Assembly (NCBI GenBank): GCA_965644265.1
Contig: OZ286461.1
Span: 44,702,001-44,766,000 of the forward strand
DNA: 64,000 nt
Reading direction: 5' to 3'
Source: Glycera tridactyla
Lineage: Eukaryota
Within the stretch, counting starts at the first letter, position 1. The number at the start of each line of letters is the position of its first letter. The notes under the pieces were generated by a model. That model was given only the letters and a program-made list of their open reading frames with translations. It made no database searches and had not been told where the DNA came from. Both the position numbers and the translations under genes were made by a program. This document shows, piece by piece, positions 1-12,500 of this stretch.

Positions 1-461
1 AAAGGCGGCAGGAGAAGCTTAGAAAGGCGGGCTGTTAAAATAATGATAGGGTGAAGGGTAAGGGGAGTAGGTGGTAGGAGGGGCACTGCAAAATGCTGCT
101 GGCTTTTACGGGTTTTAATTAACAAGATGGAGGGAGCTGATAGCGCCCCCTCCCCCTTCTTCTTATCACCAGGGGTCACTGCACTATACAAATACGGCAT
201 GGTGGAACTTGAAATGTCAATTTGCACTATCAAAGGAAATATGTTTGTGGTGTCATGATATGGCTGAATGATAATATGCTGTCATGGGAAGGATGCAAGT
301 CTAGTCTGCTATTCTGTGAAGACCGGGAATTCCAACTGTGTCATCCCCGCTGGCATCTGACCTTCCGCACCCTCCCCCACCTCCCCTCGAGCTCGTGGTT
401 GAAGTTGACCAGCTCATGAAAATCAGCTGTGATAGCTTGTAGGTCCAAGGACCAGAAAAGC

Positions 462-630
462 TGAGCTGCCAACATCATGATTTTGGAGTAATGATTACCC
501 TTTTTGAACCCTTTTTGAACCGCAATTTTGGTGCTCAATGTACATCTCTCTCAAGAAATTTCCTCATTTGGTCTTTGCATCTACGGCCATCATTACTCTA
601 GAAAATTTGTATCATTACATGAATACATAT
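462..630. mobile_element. Truncated member of the 63541 MITE family
   Basis: GAGCTGCCAAC-ATCATGATTTTGGAGTAATGATTAC ... CATCATTACTCTAGAAAATTTGTATCATTAC; another left-end fragment at about 20960-21000. Confidence 0.6.
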
Positions 631-1489
631 AAAGACGCATCTGTCTTAACCCAATTAAATAGACATCCAATCCGTTCAACTCATGAAGACCAATAATAGG
701 AAGTGAAAGAAATTCAAAGGTCATCCCCTAATTCAAGTTGTTGAGTCCTAATTTGACCTTCTACCTCACATGAAATTTACATTTTCACAGTTTCATATTT
801 TATGTGTCCATGATGATGATGGATATTTTTTATTTTATGTTGGCCAATGCTATACATGCTTCCAAATAATGGCGAGAATAAGTGTGGGATTCAAGGTTTT
901 CATCTCCGTTGTCTGTTGGGCAAGTTCTCACTGATATGTTATTCACTTATTAAGATGTTCGGTTTCCTAGAAAATTGAGATAGAGGGGAGTTAAATTATG
1001 TAAAGCAGATAGCCACCCATGAAATCTTCGTTAGGCAAGAGGAACCCAGATGCAGGCAGTTATTTTGTTAGCATGCTCTATGTTTAGCTTACATGCTAGT
1101 TAAGTCCATATTGTAAATAAAATTGTGATGGCCAATAAAAGTCTGAAAATAAAGTAATTTTAGGAGCAAGTGAAGCAGTGCATGTTATGTGTACATGTCA
1201 CATGAAAACATAATAATGCCATGTCCCAGCAGGGTATTGTGCTGGGCGTGCATGTCAAGGAGCCATGTTGTTGTTGTCGACAAACCGATTGTGGCAGTTA
1301 AAGTAGCATTCATAATATATGTATTAACGGCTGTAACTTCATCCCAGTCCTTTCCTTACATGCAAACTGGTCAGGGTTGTCACACTGCCGGGTGGGGGTT
1401 GTTTAAGGAGAGGTCTGTTCACTTTCAAGAGTCTGGATTCTGATGAAGTCTGAGGTGCTCTTGAAGTGAGCAAACTTTGGTTTTATCAC

Positions 1490-1661
1490 TATAGTAAAAC
1501 CTGTCTTGGGAGACCACCCCATACGCCAACAAAAAGTGGTCTCTCAAGACAGGTGGTCTCTCATTGGAGGTATATTTGCCTATGTCAAATAGAGAAGGGC
1601 CGATGAAGAGCAGTCTCCCATTAGAGGGTTGTCTCCCAAAAGGGGGGGGGGGGGGTCTCCC
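1490..1661. mobile_element. TA-flanked MITE, inverted relative to the 3882 copy, right TIR truncated
   Basis: TA+TAGTAAAACCTGTCTTGGGAGACC; aligns nearly end to end with the reverse complement of 3882-4063; internal G-run expanded. Confidence 0.85.
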
Positions 1662-3183
1662 TTCATTCTCTTTCACCTATACCCTCTCTTTCCCATTGTA
1701 ACTTAAAGCACCACCATACAGTGATGCTAAACCTTCTGATTTCAAAGCAGTGATGACTACAAATTTTCAGACCTTGAATTTGACACTGAGCCTGATATTA
1801 CTCTTAATCTATTTATGAAAAATTCTGCAAATTTTGCAAATATTTATGGCATTTATACAATATCTATTTCTGTCATAGGAGGCCATGACAATGAGAAAGA
1901 GATTATTTATTCAGACTGGTTTGACTTTGACATCAGAAATGTCCCAGAATTTGCCAGTGCTTTGGGCCATTTGTCACCAAGATATGCTCCCTTGCTGAGT
2001 GCCCCTCTTACTGAAGCAAATGTTCTGTCATGTGTGCATGAATAACCCCCATAAGTGGTCCATGTGTGGGTTTTTATCACCCCTGCTTGTACTTGAACAT
2101 CATTAAATAAATGTAATAAGATCTTGTGCAAATAGAAGCCTTGGCAAATGAGGGGGCAAAAATGCAGGCTAGCATAAATAGTCTACATACATTTATGTAA
2201 TACACTGGCTGGTGTATTTACACGTTCAAAACACGTTTTTGGCATTGGTCGGCCATTGTGGGGGTGTGTAATATGATCCGTACATTCAAATATGCACGAT
2301 TTACCCCCCAACTGGGTTCTTTCTGGGCTTTGAGTATCAGTTATAATGACGACTGTTTGATGGAGGTGTAAGTCGTGTCAATATACTTGTACTCTGGACT
2401 CACTTTTACTTCAGTGCTGAGCTTTCCCCATGCACATTCGCTTCTCTGCCAGAGGATGCATTTCGCTTGGTTTGTTGGGTATTCTTCTCTTCAGTAATAC
2501 CCAGTCTATACATGCCACTGTTGATGGACCCCCCCCCCCCCCAAAAAAAAAAAATAATAATAAAATGATAATGATAAATAAATAAATAGAAACACTCATG
2601 AAGAAAAAATCCCAATTTATTAATCATCTGTATAGATGATTCTAGTTTTGATTATGAATAAATATTCTCTCTCATGGAGTAATGCCCTGAAACTGATTAG
2701 TATTAATATGACCCAGCTAGCGAAAGGTTTTGGTTATGATATTGAGGGTAGTTTGGGTCAGTAACCCAGATTTGGATATAAATAAGTTAGAGCAGCTGTT
2801 CCATGTCTTGTCTGGAGTGGTTATTAAGTAGTATGAATAATAACATAAATTTAACCCTTGCACCCCCAACTACACTTCAATATTACATCAGATGCTGGGT
2901 TGCACTTTTCCACATAGAGTGAACCGATTTTCTTCCATTGCCATTAGCATTTTTTCATCCGTTTTTCTCTCATCCCCAAATGCATATATTTTGAGAATGT
3001 TGATGCCAGGAATTCCAACCTCGGAAAGATAGTATATCTGATGTTTTGCTCTCCACCCAGTAGTGATGATTGAGGATTTTATTGTTCAGTCCACATTCCC
3101 ATCGATCCCACATAAATACCTACAGTCAAGATAAGATAAAAGATACAAGAAGTTCATTTATACAGGAGGCTACAGTTATGGCA

Positions 3184-3348
3184 TACAGTGGAACCTGCGA
3201 TGAGAGACCACCTCTGACGGGAGACCGCTTTCCCAGGGCAGCTTTTCTATTTGACATAGTCAGATATACCCCTGCGAGAGACCACCCGTTTTGAAAGACC
3301 GCTTTTTGGTGACATTTTAGGTGGTCTCTCATCGCAGGTTTCACTGTA
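3184..3348. mobile_element. Complete TA-flanked MITE (Tc1/mariner-pogo-type ends)
   Basis: 28-bp TIRs CAGTG(G/A)AACCTGCGATGAGAGACCACCT with 1 mismatch; TA on both sides. Confidence 0.92.
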
Positions 3349-3398
3349 TAAAGTCATATACCTGCATGGTTATGCACACACATGCATGCATGCGCGTG

Positions 3399-3402
<4 letters not shown>

Positions 3403-3455
<53 letters not shown>
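3403..3455. repeat. (CA)n microsatellite
   Basis: Direct reading. Confidence 0.98.
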
Positions 3456-3458
<3 letters not shown>

Positions 3459-3881
3459 CAGCTCATCAGTAGGCTGAATGTATGTCCACCTAAAACCTAA
3501 TGTGTGTTCCCCCTTGTATGCCTGTACTATTGCATTCCGCTGGCCATGACATATCAGGGCAATTCTTCATTGTTCATTGACATCCCGAGCCCATCAGTCA
3601 TCTTTATCAGATACGTAGCTCTATATTCAGACATCGACTACAAGTGCCATGCACACGCTACCATTTTCAAATTAGTGGCTGACTTTGAATTTTGTTGTTG
3701 GATTTAATGAATTTCACCCAGTTTGACTCCACTGTTGTACATGTAGACCTGATTTTAGGAACCTTAAATTCAGATCATTAGCTCTTTATGTGAGCTAATC
3801 GGATTAGCTAAATCGGTAATTCATGTAATGATGATCAATGATTGTTGTTCTGATTTATATGAATCATTGAATATAGGCGAT

Positions 3882-4063
3882 TACAGTGAAACCTGTCTTG
3901 GGAGACCCCTCTTTTGGGAGACCACCCTCTAATGGGAGACCGCTCTTTATCGGCTCTTCTCTATTTGACATAGTCAAATACACCTCCAATGAGAGACCAC
4001 CTGTCTTAAGAGACCACTTTTCATTGGCATTTGGGGCGGTCTCCCAAGAGAGGTTTTACTGTA
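3882..4063. mobile_element. Complete TA-flanked MITE
   Basis: 24-bp TIRs CAGT(G/A)AAACCT(G/C)TCTTGGGAGACC with 2 mismatches; TA on both sides; shares the internal TTTGACATAGTC core with 3184-3348. Confidence 0.92.
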
Positions 4064-5400
4064 TTAGTAAGGAGTTGAGAGCAAGCAGTAGGGTTCAGGT
4101 TCACAGGGTAACACAGAGTTGGGGGTTGTCCGATTCTGAATAGGATGCTTGCTGCATGATTGGTGTGGCGCTGCCTGATGCCACTAATGGCCTGCAGATG
4201 GCAGCCTTTTTAATCCTGCTCAGATATAGTCTTCTATCAAGCAGTTGCCAGTGTTGCTACATGGTAACCATGACGATGATGATGATCATAGAGTATTATA
4301 CCGGGGATGGACAGTCATGAGTGGAATTTGGGCTAATTTAGTCCCATTTTGCCTTTCCTGCAATCAGCAGCTGTAAGTAGGCAGTGTTACGGAGATCAGA
4401 GAGCTCAAATCATGCTCAAAGCAGCGTGTGAATGTTGTCCTCACACTTCAAGGTGTGTGAGTCAGCAATCTTTATAGGTCATTTTGGCCAGTGAATCATA
4501 TGGAGGACTCTCATCCCCATTGGTTATCAATCATCCATTGGTTACGACATTACTGTTGGTTATGTTGAGATATAAACCATATTATCCCCCAGCCCTTGAT
4601 ACACCCATTCCCTCAACCAGTCAGAATATACAAATTCATAAGATTTTCGGCAATCACCTGATAGGATGGGATACATCAAATTGTAGTGGATTCTTGTGCA
4701 CATCAGATCCAAATTCATAGTGTCCTCAGTCTGTAATTCCAACAGTTGGGATAGTGAGTAAACCACAATCAATTCCTTCTTCATGATCATGTGAAAAGAA
4801 TGGCTGATAGGATAATGAATCAGTGTAGTAATTGGGGAATTCATCTCTGATATAATCAGTTTTCGGATATGGTCTTTTTGTAGTGAACAGACTATTGTTT
4901 TGAGTTAGTGGTAGAGGTTGGAAAGACTCTAGTATGTTGTAGAAACAAACAGCTGACAATAAAGTTGGCCAGACTGACAGCTTTATGAACAATTCTTGCT
5001 CAACTTGGGCAATTTAATACCTTGGTGCAATAATAAACGGGTCAGCCGCTGGGCCACGATCACATCACCCGAAACCAGGCATCTGCACAAATATTTTCAT
5101 ATTCACCATGTCAGACACCGTGCATGCTACGGGCAAAAATAGAAGAAAGGAAATCTTGATCCATTCTCATGTATTGTTCATTCCCGTGTGTATAGATGAT
5201 TTTTCACCCCTGCGGCAGTGAATATGTATTTCTTGGGATCTTCTGTGAATCATGCTAGGGTCTTACTGGCACTGATCCTATACAGGCATAGTTTTTCATA
5301 GAATTTGTGGCAGTTTCCAGCATGAAAGTTTACCATTTATAGTGATGAGAATCTTTCATGGTATATCAGGTGCACTATCTAGTTTTAGTAGCCTAGACAG

Positions 5401-5660
5401 TACAGTAAAACCTGCCACAAGGAACCTCCCAATGAGAGATGGGAGACAAGACCTCTTCACCAAAGCAGCTTTCCTTTTTGACATAGTCGAACCTCTATAA
5501 AGACCGCCTTCGGTCGCATTGAAAAGTGGCCATTTTGGGTTATTGGTCTTTTAGAGGAGGTTCAACTGTAGTTGAATATTCCTTCTGACAAGAAACCACT
5601 ACCTTTGAGAAAGCAGTCCTTGGTGACATTTAAGGCGGTCTCTCATTGTAGGTTTAACTG
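5401..5660. mobile_element. Degenerate MITE (3184 family) carrying a nested insertion
   Basis: TACAGTAAAACCTG start; the left half matches 3184 up to TTTGACATA, and similarity resumes after 5570 through GGTCTCTCATTGTAGGTTTAACTG. Confidence 0.75.
5484..5570. mobile_element. Short MITE nested at a TA inside 5401-5660, related to 62317-62498
   Basis: TAGTCGAACCTCTATAAAGACCGCCTTCGGTCGCATTGAAAAGTGG matches the reverse complement of the right end of 62317-62498; ends AGGTTCAACTGTA. Confidence 0.75.
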
Positions 5661-7782
5661 TTGTTTTGAAAGTTATTGGAGACTGATAGGGTCAATGGTC
5701 TACTTTGACAGATGTTTATCTGACAAGCTCCGGTATTTAAGTCAGGACAATTGGAGTTATCCACGTTCATTTCATGTTGGGTAATTTTCGAGTAATCCTG
5801 GAGTGAACATAAGAATGTCAGGTCATATTGGACCTTCTGACCTAGAGATTCGGACATCAGGATTTGATCTAGTTTTGGGATATATACTTTCTGGAAAAGA
5901 TGGAGATTACTAGAATTGAGTGGGAGGATCTGGTGACAGTTACATGTGATTATGAAGGGATCGGAGTTCGCTGTGTGCATTCTTCACCTTAGGCTGTTCC
6001 AATCACTGAAATTATCCACAAATATCAAAAAAAAAAGTCTAGTATTTATAAGGAAAGCTTTTGGTGTCTTCACCTTGTTGGAGATTGGGATTCTAGTGGT
6101 ATAGTCTTTTTTTGAAGGATTTATCGTGTATGCAGGATGGTGGATGAACATGGACATTAGCGGCTGAGAGGATGTGATGTAAGAGAAGGAAGTGTTCAAT
6201 AGAGGCGGCATTGTACTATAATCTACATGTGTTCTCTGCCTATCATCTCCACTCTCTCATGCTGTCTGACCCCTTTTGTGTTTGTCAGTCAACACCTACA
6301 CTCTGTCTACTACTCAGTTTCATGTCAACTTGTCCAACATCATCCATCCCTCCCTCCCTCTCGCATCCCCCCCCCCCCCCATCTCTGTCCTTGGAACCTG
6401 CCAGGATCCATACTTAGTCGTGGTCCTAGCTGAGTGTGTAGATCAAAGTCCCATTTACAGACTTGTGAAAGTTCACATTAGTACTCCTTTCTTCATGTGG
6501 TTTGCTCGATGTCAGGGATGTGAAATGAACAAGTGGAAGAAGGGACATGTTAGGGATGGAGTGTGGGGTGATGTCTGGCAGTGATGTTTTTTTTCTTCAG
6601 TGACATATATTTCTCTTTTATTCTAACCCCTTCAACTGCAACAGCCTCAAATATAGGGCGCTACATATGTGACATTGTTCGTGTTGAAGTCTGTCCTCCC
6701 AAATGAAATTGAACATTTGTTAGTTTGTTAGACAGTCAGAAAAAAGCTGGTGTGTATGTGAGCATGTTTGAGGGACAGACAGGTGGATAGACAAAGTCAC
6801 AGACACAGATATGTACATAAAGAGAGATGGGTGAGCGAAGTTCTCAATGCATAAGATGGTATCCAGCAGTATCAAGAGAATAAGTTGATCCATATGGTGG
6901 CAGTACAGGAAGCTTGTAGTTCAGTCATTGACTGTAGTTAGCAATGATAACACTGATAGTCCCGGTGAGAGAGAGGATAAAACTGGTGACGGTGTATGCT
7001 TGGTGATGGGCATAGTGACATCTAGTGTTTCTCGCCAGTAACTTGATGCCATCTCTCTTTCTTGCCTTGCCGCTTGTTTGCTGCTATTTATAGCAAGATT
7101 CACTGTTTTCTATCCAGCACCTGATCCCTATTCAATAGACCTTGCCCTTGGATGTTACATTTCCATTCAACTCACCAATGTCTCCAATACTCCAGTGAAA
7201 TTGCAAATAATGTGAGCAGATAAAGATATGATTAGCCTTCCATCCAACTGCCCTATTTCATTTGAAGCTGTATGTATTCCGGAAGGTGTACAGTTCTGAC
7301 ATGAGGCACTGTAACACAGGCCTACATCATGATGTAATAGTCCACCAAAACCATGCTTTGGTACCTGTTGATCAGCCGATGCAGTGTGAACTGGAAGTTG
7401 AAGGCAGGTTCAAAGGAGGGTGCGGTGGGTAACGCATGTCAGGTCAAAGTGCATCACCCTGTGGCAGGGCACATATGCTTGCATATGGGGCCTGTACCCT
7501 TTGATCTACCTGCGGGAAGCATCTAACAATGGACAACCTGCAATCATGAAGAACTTACCATTTTCTTGGGTTGGAATTTTCCACTGCCCTACAGGAGACA
7601 GTTATCATGAAGATGGGAATTTGAAATAATCTATGGATATTGAATTAGTAAATAGAGTTCATTTCATTCTCACTGTTACATCTTGCAAACGGTAGGGCCT
7701 ATCTGAATTTAACTTATTTGAATATATGGAAAGGCATCTGCGTCTGCGTGTGCATGTGCATGCATGTGTGTGTATATGTGTG

Positions 7783-7956
7783 CAGTGGTGCCAATTTTCC
7801 GAATACTTTCGGAAATTGGTGAAAAATATTAATTTCAGAAATTGCTGAAATCTGGCTGGGAGTTCAAGAACAAATACTTTTGATGATATGTGGGGGTAGT
7901 TTCAGAAAATGTTTCAATATTTCCGAAAATTTAGCTTCATCTCATTGACATCACTG
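7783..7956. mobile_element. Small TIR element with hAT-like ends
   Basis: CAGTGGTGCCAAT ... ATTGACATCACTG; the internal TGGGGGTAGTTTCAGAAAAT recurs near 25755-25775; no clean 8-bp TSD seen. Confidence 0.6.
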
Positions 7957-8135
7957 TGTGCGCATGTGCATGCATGGAGGTGTTTGTACATGCCAAATAG
8001 TGGACTATGGATGTGGTATGCATGGGGGAAGCAGGAATTTTAGCACCACAAGTTGGCATGGCCATGCTGCTTGTCTCATGTGGCCAAGCCTTTGATGTTC
8101 ACCGGACCTCACTTGAATCAATCGCCATCTCATAG

Positions 8136-8279
8136 AAATTACCACCACCGATGCTGTCGCCACCCCTCTCCCCTACACAACCATGCATGCACATAATTGT
8201 GAGAATGGCACCACCTGACTCCAGACGGACGGACACTACACCACACTACATGAAAACATGCAAATTCACTCCAGTCAAG
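8136..8279 (+). CDS. Candidate phase-0/0 cassette exon of TCF (KLPPPMLSPPLSPTQPCMHIIVRMAPPDSRRTDTTPHYMKTCKFTPVK)
   Basis: Flanked by ccatctcatAG and AAG|GTGGGC; 144 nt, open, Pro/Ser-rich with SP motifs; phase-compatible with exon 23034. Splice sites are only moderate and there is no homology proof. Confidence 0.35.
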
Positions 8280-9510
8280 GTGGGCTTGAGTCTGGAATGA
8301 GTCCTCTTAAATACCATGCTTTATCAGAAAACCAAATCAGAGGAGCTAGACAAAAAAACAAAGGAGCTCACCAATTCTACTTATGGGTTCATGAATTTAT
8401 CTTGAAATGCTTGGGGGTAGGGTCTTGGTCATAAGATTTCACAATTGTTGTTTAGTCACCAAATTTAGAGGACAAGCTTTCTACCAATATGAAGGACAAA
8501 CATCTCCACAAAAATGAAGGACAAATTTATTTGGGGGTATTGCTGCATTTTGTTCTGTCTGCGGGGAAAACTTCCTCAGCCCACTCTGGTTCACATTTCA
8601 AGCTCTCACATGGGTGATAATGATTTCAGTATGCTGCCTCGATGTGTTGATAATTACTTAGTGATAAGACCTAGTCTGTGAAACGAGTCAGCCACATCAG
8701 AAACGGTTGTAAGAAGGGGTATTTTCCCATTATTACAATCAGCTGAATGTTGCAATCTACTATGTACTATTGTAGTGAGTCTTGTTCCATTTCTACTGTG
8801 TTGGCTATATCCTTTTTTTTACTACACCCCCCACTCCAAGTTCTCGTTTCTCGGCCGTATCTTATGTAAACTTGACATTTCAATAGTTGAAAGTGGGTCC
8901 ACAAGAGGTTTGAAAAAGTTGTGTGATGTTTGCCCAACAGTACTTGCGCGTCACAGTTGCATTAAGATGTTTTATATTGTGAGTTTCACCTATGGCCCTG
9001 GTCTAGATCTATTCACCGCTATACTTTATGAAAGATTGACCATGGATACAATTCATGCTTCTTGTACTTGCTATCACTTTAGTAGCTTTTGTATGTTAGC
9101 TTCAAGGTCTGACTTTCGAATTTGAACAATGTTGTGACTAGCCTGTTATAGAGTTGTACTTCTCGAATCAACGTCACTGTCAGTATTTATGACCTCATGC
9201 CCACGGAGCATCGTAGAATATAATCTATGCCCTGCTTTGGAAGCACATGCCCTTGGCATCAAGGCTTATGGTCAGCATGGACCCCATATTGCACTCTCGT
9301 ATTGCACTCAAATAAACAGCGATTTATGTGTTCTTGCTCAGTATTGAGCACATTGGTAGTCTCAGCTATATTGGCCAGCACTTGCAATTTAGTTATCATG
9401 AATAGTTTAGTTATTATATATGATTATGATGATTGGTACCCACAGCTTGCATTTCCACATGTTTTTATTGCACCCACATATCTCCTAAAGGTGAAATATC
9501 ATTGGCATTG

Positions 9511-9595
9511 CCATCATATTCACAGGTTTTTCAAGTCAATTTCGAGGTTGCTCATTTGTACCATCATATTCGGGGGTTTTTCAAGTCAATTTTGA
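9511..9595. repeat. 50-bp period tandem duplication (under 2 units)
   Basis: CCATCATATTC..GGTTTTTCAAGTCAATTT at 9511 and 9561. Confidence 0.85.
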
Positions 9596-12500
9596 AATTT
9601 GAACAGAATCACTGGATGCCTATATGATGGACACGCAAATAAGCTTTCTGAACCATCGGAATTCCATCAAATGTGTAATACTTGACATTTTCTTTCTTAG
9701 AAAATTTGATTATATTGCGTGAATTTGATCTGGAATCAATGTTGAAAGCACATGTGCCATTTGTATGGGGGATGTAGATAATGTGGAAGAATTCTCGTTG
9801 AAGGCTAATGTGTGTCTTTGACGAGGATCCTGCACCAATGATTATGTGTGGATATGTTACCTTGGTGGGTGAAATTGGTGTACCAGGAATAGCAGCACAT
9901 AGCAGCATATATGTATGTAGTTGTAACCCATTTTGTGCTCCGTATACTTCTAATAATATTGATTCAATTTGATTGGTTCAACCAAACCAAACAGTTATCA
10001 GTCAGTCACTTTCCAATTAACAGGTTGCCCTATCAAGGTACCTCCATTGTCATAAAATTGTTGAGGAGAACTTCACTGATGAAAATATGAAGATTTTGGA
10101 GTTTCAATTGAATTCTTAGTTGATATTATTGAGCTGCACAGAATGGGTTGATATTCTTATTCTCACAAAATGTTTTATTTTGTAGATTTTATTGCATCCC
10201 GGTTTGGTGCCTGTTGAGAAATTTGTGCCTCTCATTTCTTTTCCAACCTGATTCACTCCGGGTATACCTTGTGGATTGAAAGGAACGTTGCTAAAGACCG
10301 TTGCTAAAGATTTTGGGGTGGATTTTTTTGTTCTCATTCCCTGTTCTATTAAGCGTAGAATTTGGAGTGAATGCAGAAAATCCCGGAATCATATAAAATG
10401 GTCTCATTCTACTTGAGAATTCCCAGATGAGGAATGAATATGACGGACTTGGGATTTTGTAATTTCTCATTCAGTTTACATTCAAGTAAAATACAGAGTG
10501 AAATTAGTGTAAATCCCCTCTGATCATTTGGTGGTTCCCAGGAACAGGCAAGAAAGTAAAATTGGACTGGGAATGCCATCATTATGAACTTAAATTTACT
10601 AATTCGGAATTCAGCAGATATTTCTCATCTGGCAGCCGTACAGCTGATGCAATGCAAGATATTGTAGTAGTGCCATTTTCATTTTTGCGATGTTGTTTTG
10701 ATGTTCCTTTCGTTACTTTTTGTTTGCACCTTTAGCGGGAATGTCATTTTCGGTGGTTACCATGGCCGTCGTTACAGCGGAGCCCCGACATTCGACGGGG
10801 CAGCCCCGATACTGCAGAATCATGTCAGGTTGGTAGCCGAGTGATAAACAAAGTCATTCTTTGCTCTTTTCAAATAACATTGAAAAACCTTACTAACAAA
10901 TTTTCGCCTTGAACTAGCCAATGAAGCTGAGTAATTCAGATTCCACTTGCACTGCATTTTGATGTAATAACTTGATGGTAAAAACAAAAATGGTTACCAA
11001 GATATATGGCGTAACCTAAGTATCCATTATATGGTTCTCTAGCCGCCATCTTCTTGTGGTCCTACCAACAGAAAATGGTGAATGTAAATTGAGAAGAAAA
11101 CTCATCCAAAGCTCATCATTTCGGCCTGTGACTCATGTTAATAACTTCTTGGTTAATGATTGGTGGTGGATGGAATTTTTGTTCCGAATGTTTCCATTAT
11201 TTTCATGGACTCTTAATGACTGGTGATGGGTTAACTTCACGAATTTACTGTTACCTTCAATGTGGAACAATCCAGGTCAGAACAAGATGGATGGATTGGT
11301 TACTCTTATCAGTGTGGTATTTGTATAATTTGTAGCAAGACAGCAACACTGGCAATATGTGTCAAACAAGTCAGTGTTCGGCCATTGTCCATTTGATCTA
11401 ATGCTAGGATTGGCAAGAGTCATATTGTAATGGTCAGTGGTTGTGGTGGCATCTTTTTATTGGAGTGAGTCCGGGGATCAGGTGAAGCTAAAAAATTATT
11501 ATTACCAAATATGTATATAATCTTTCCGATAGAGTAAGATTAAGTTGATCATTTATAAATGCTTCTGGAACACTTTCGATCGTTATCAGATTGGATAACT
11601 CAGGACTCTCAGGAAGTCTTAGGGATGTGCTTAAAAGGCACGTGAAATTTCCTTGAGGAATGTGTTCGCAGAAACGTGGATTCCTGTTGTAACTGTGTAC
11701 AGGGGTGACAACTGAGTAAAGAGGTGACTCATATAGGTTGTAGGGGATTTCCAAAGTTTGCCTTTGGGTTGTGTGCATGTCCTCTGTTTTGACAAGTGAA
11801 ACCTTTCCTACTAACCTGACCATATATAAGCAAGGCTGTGACCATGTCTTGAATTTCTTACCATTCAACCTCTACCTCAATTTTTGCAAAGTGTCTTTCA
11901 ATGGTTGTGAACATGAATGAAATCCTGATTCTCACTAAACGTACTATTATTGGAGGCCCTAAACCAACTCCGAACGGCTTTCCCCTCCCAAAGTATTATA
12001 TAGGACTGTAGTGACTTGAGTTTTCAGTTGATAATTTCTTCACTTCCTCATGATTTCATCTCATGTACACATATCCCACTACCATATTGTTGATTGATTA
12101 GGTGATAAACTTACCTTTGATGACTTGCCAACGTTCCAACTGTTTTTATTCCAGTAATTACTTCATTATATTTCTCATTGATTTCAATAAAACAATGAGC
12201 AGAATGTTGGTAATAATTAAAACTTGCCTGTAGACAGCCACAATTTATTGACTATCTTATTGTGGAATATATATGCAGTTTCCATGGCAAGGAATTGAAG
12301 GATGCGTCATCCAGTTGCCAATGGTGACTGGATTTGGAGATAGGATACCTAGCAACTGGAGGTTATTGGTCCATCCGGCATGGATAGTTTGATGAAATCA
12401 GCTAGGAGTTTCTTAATTTCTGGATATTTTAATCACCATATCTTTGGTTGGATTATGGAGCATGTATTTTCTTATCTGCAGCGCAGGGGCTGAAACTGCT

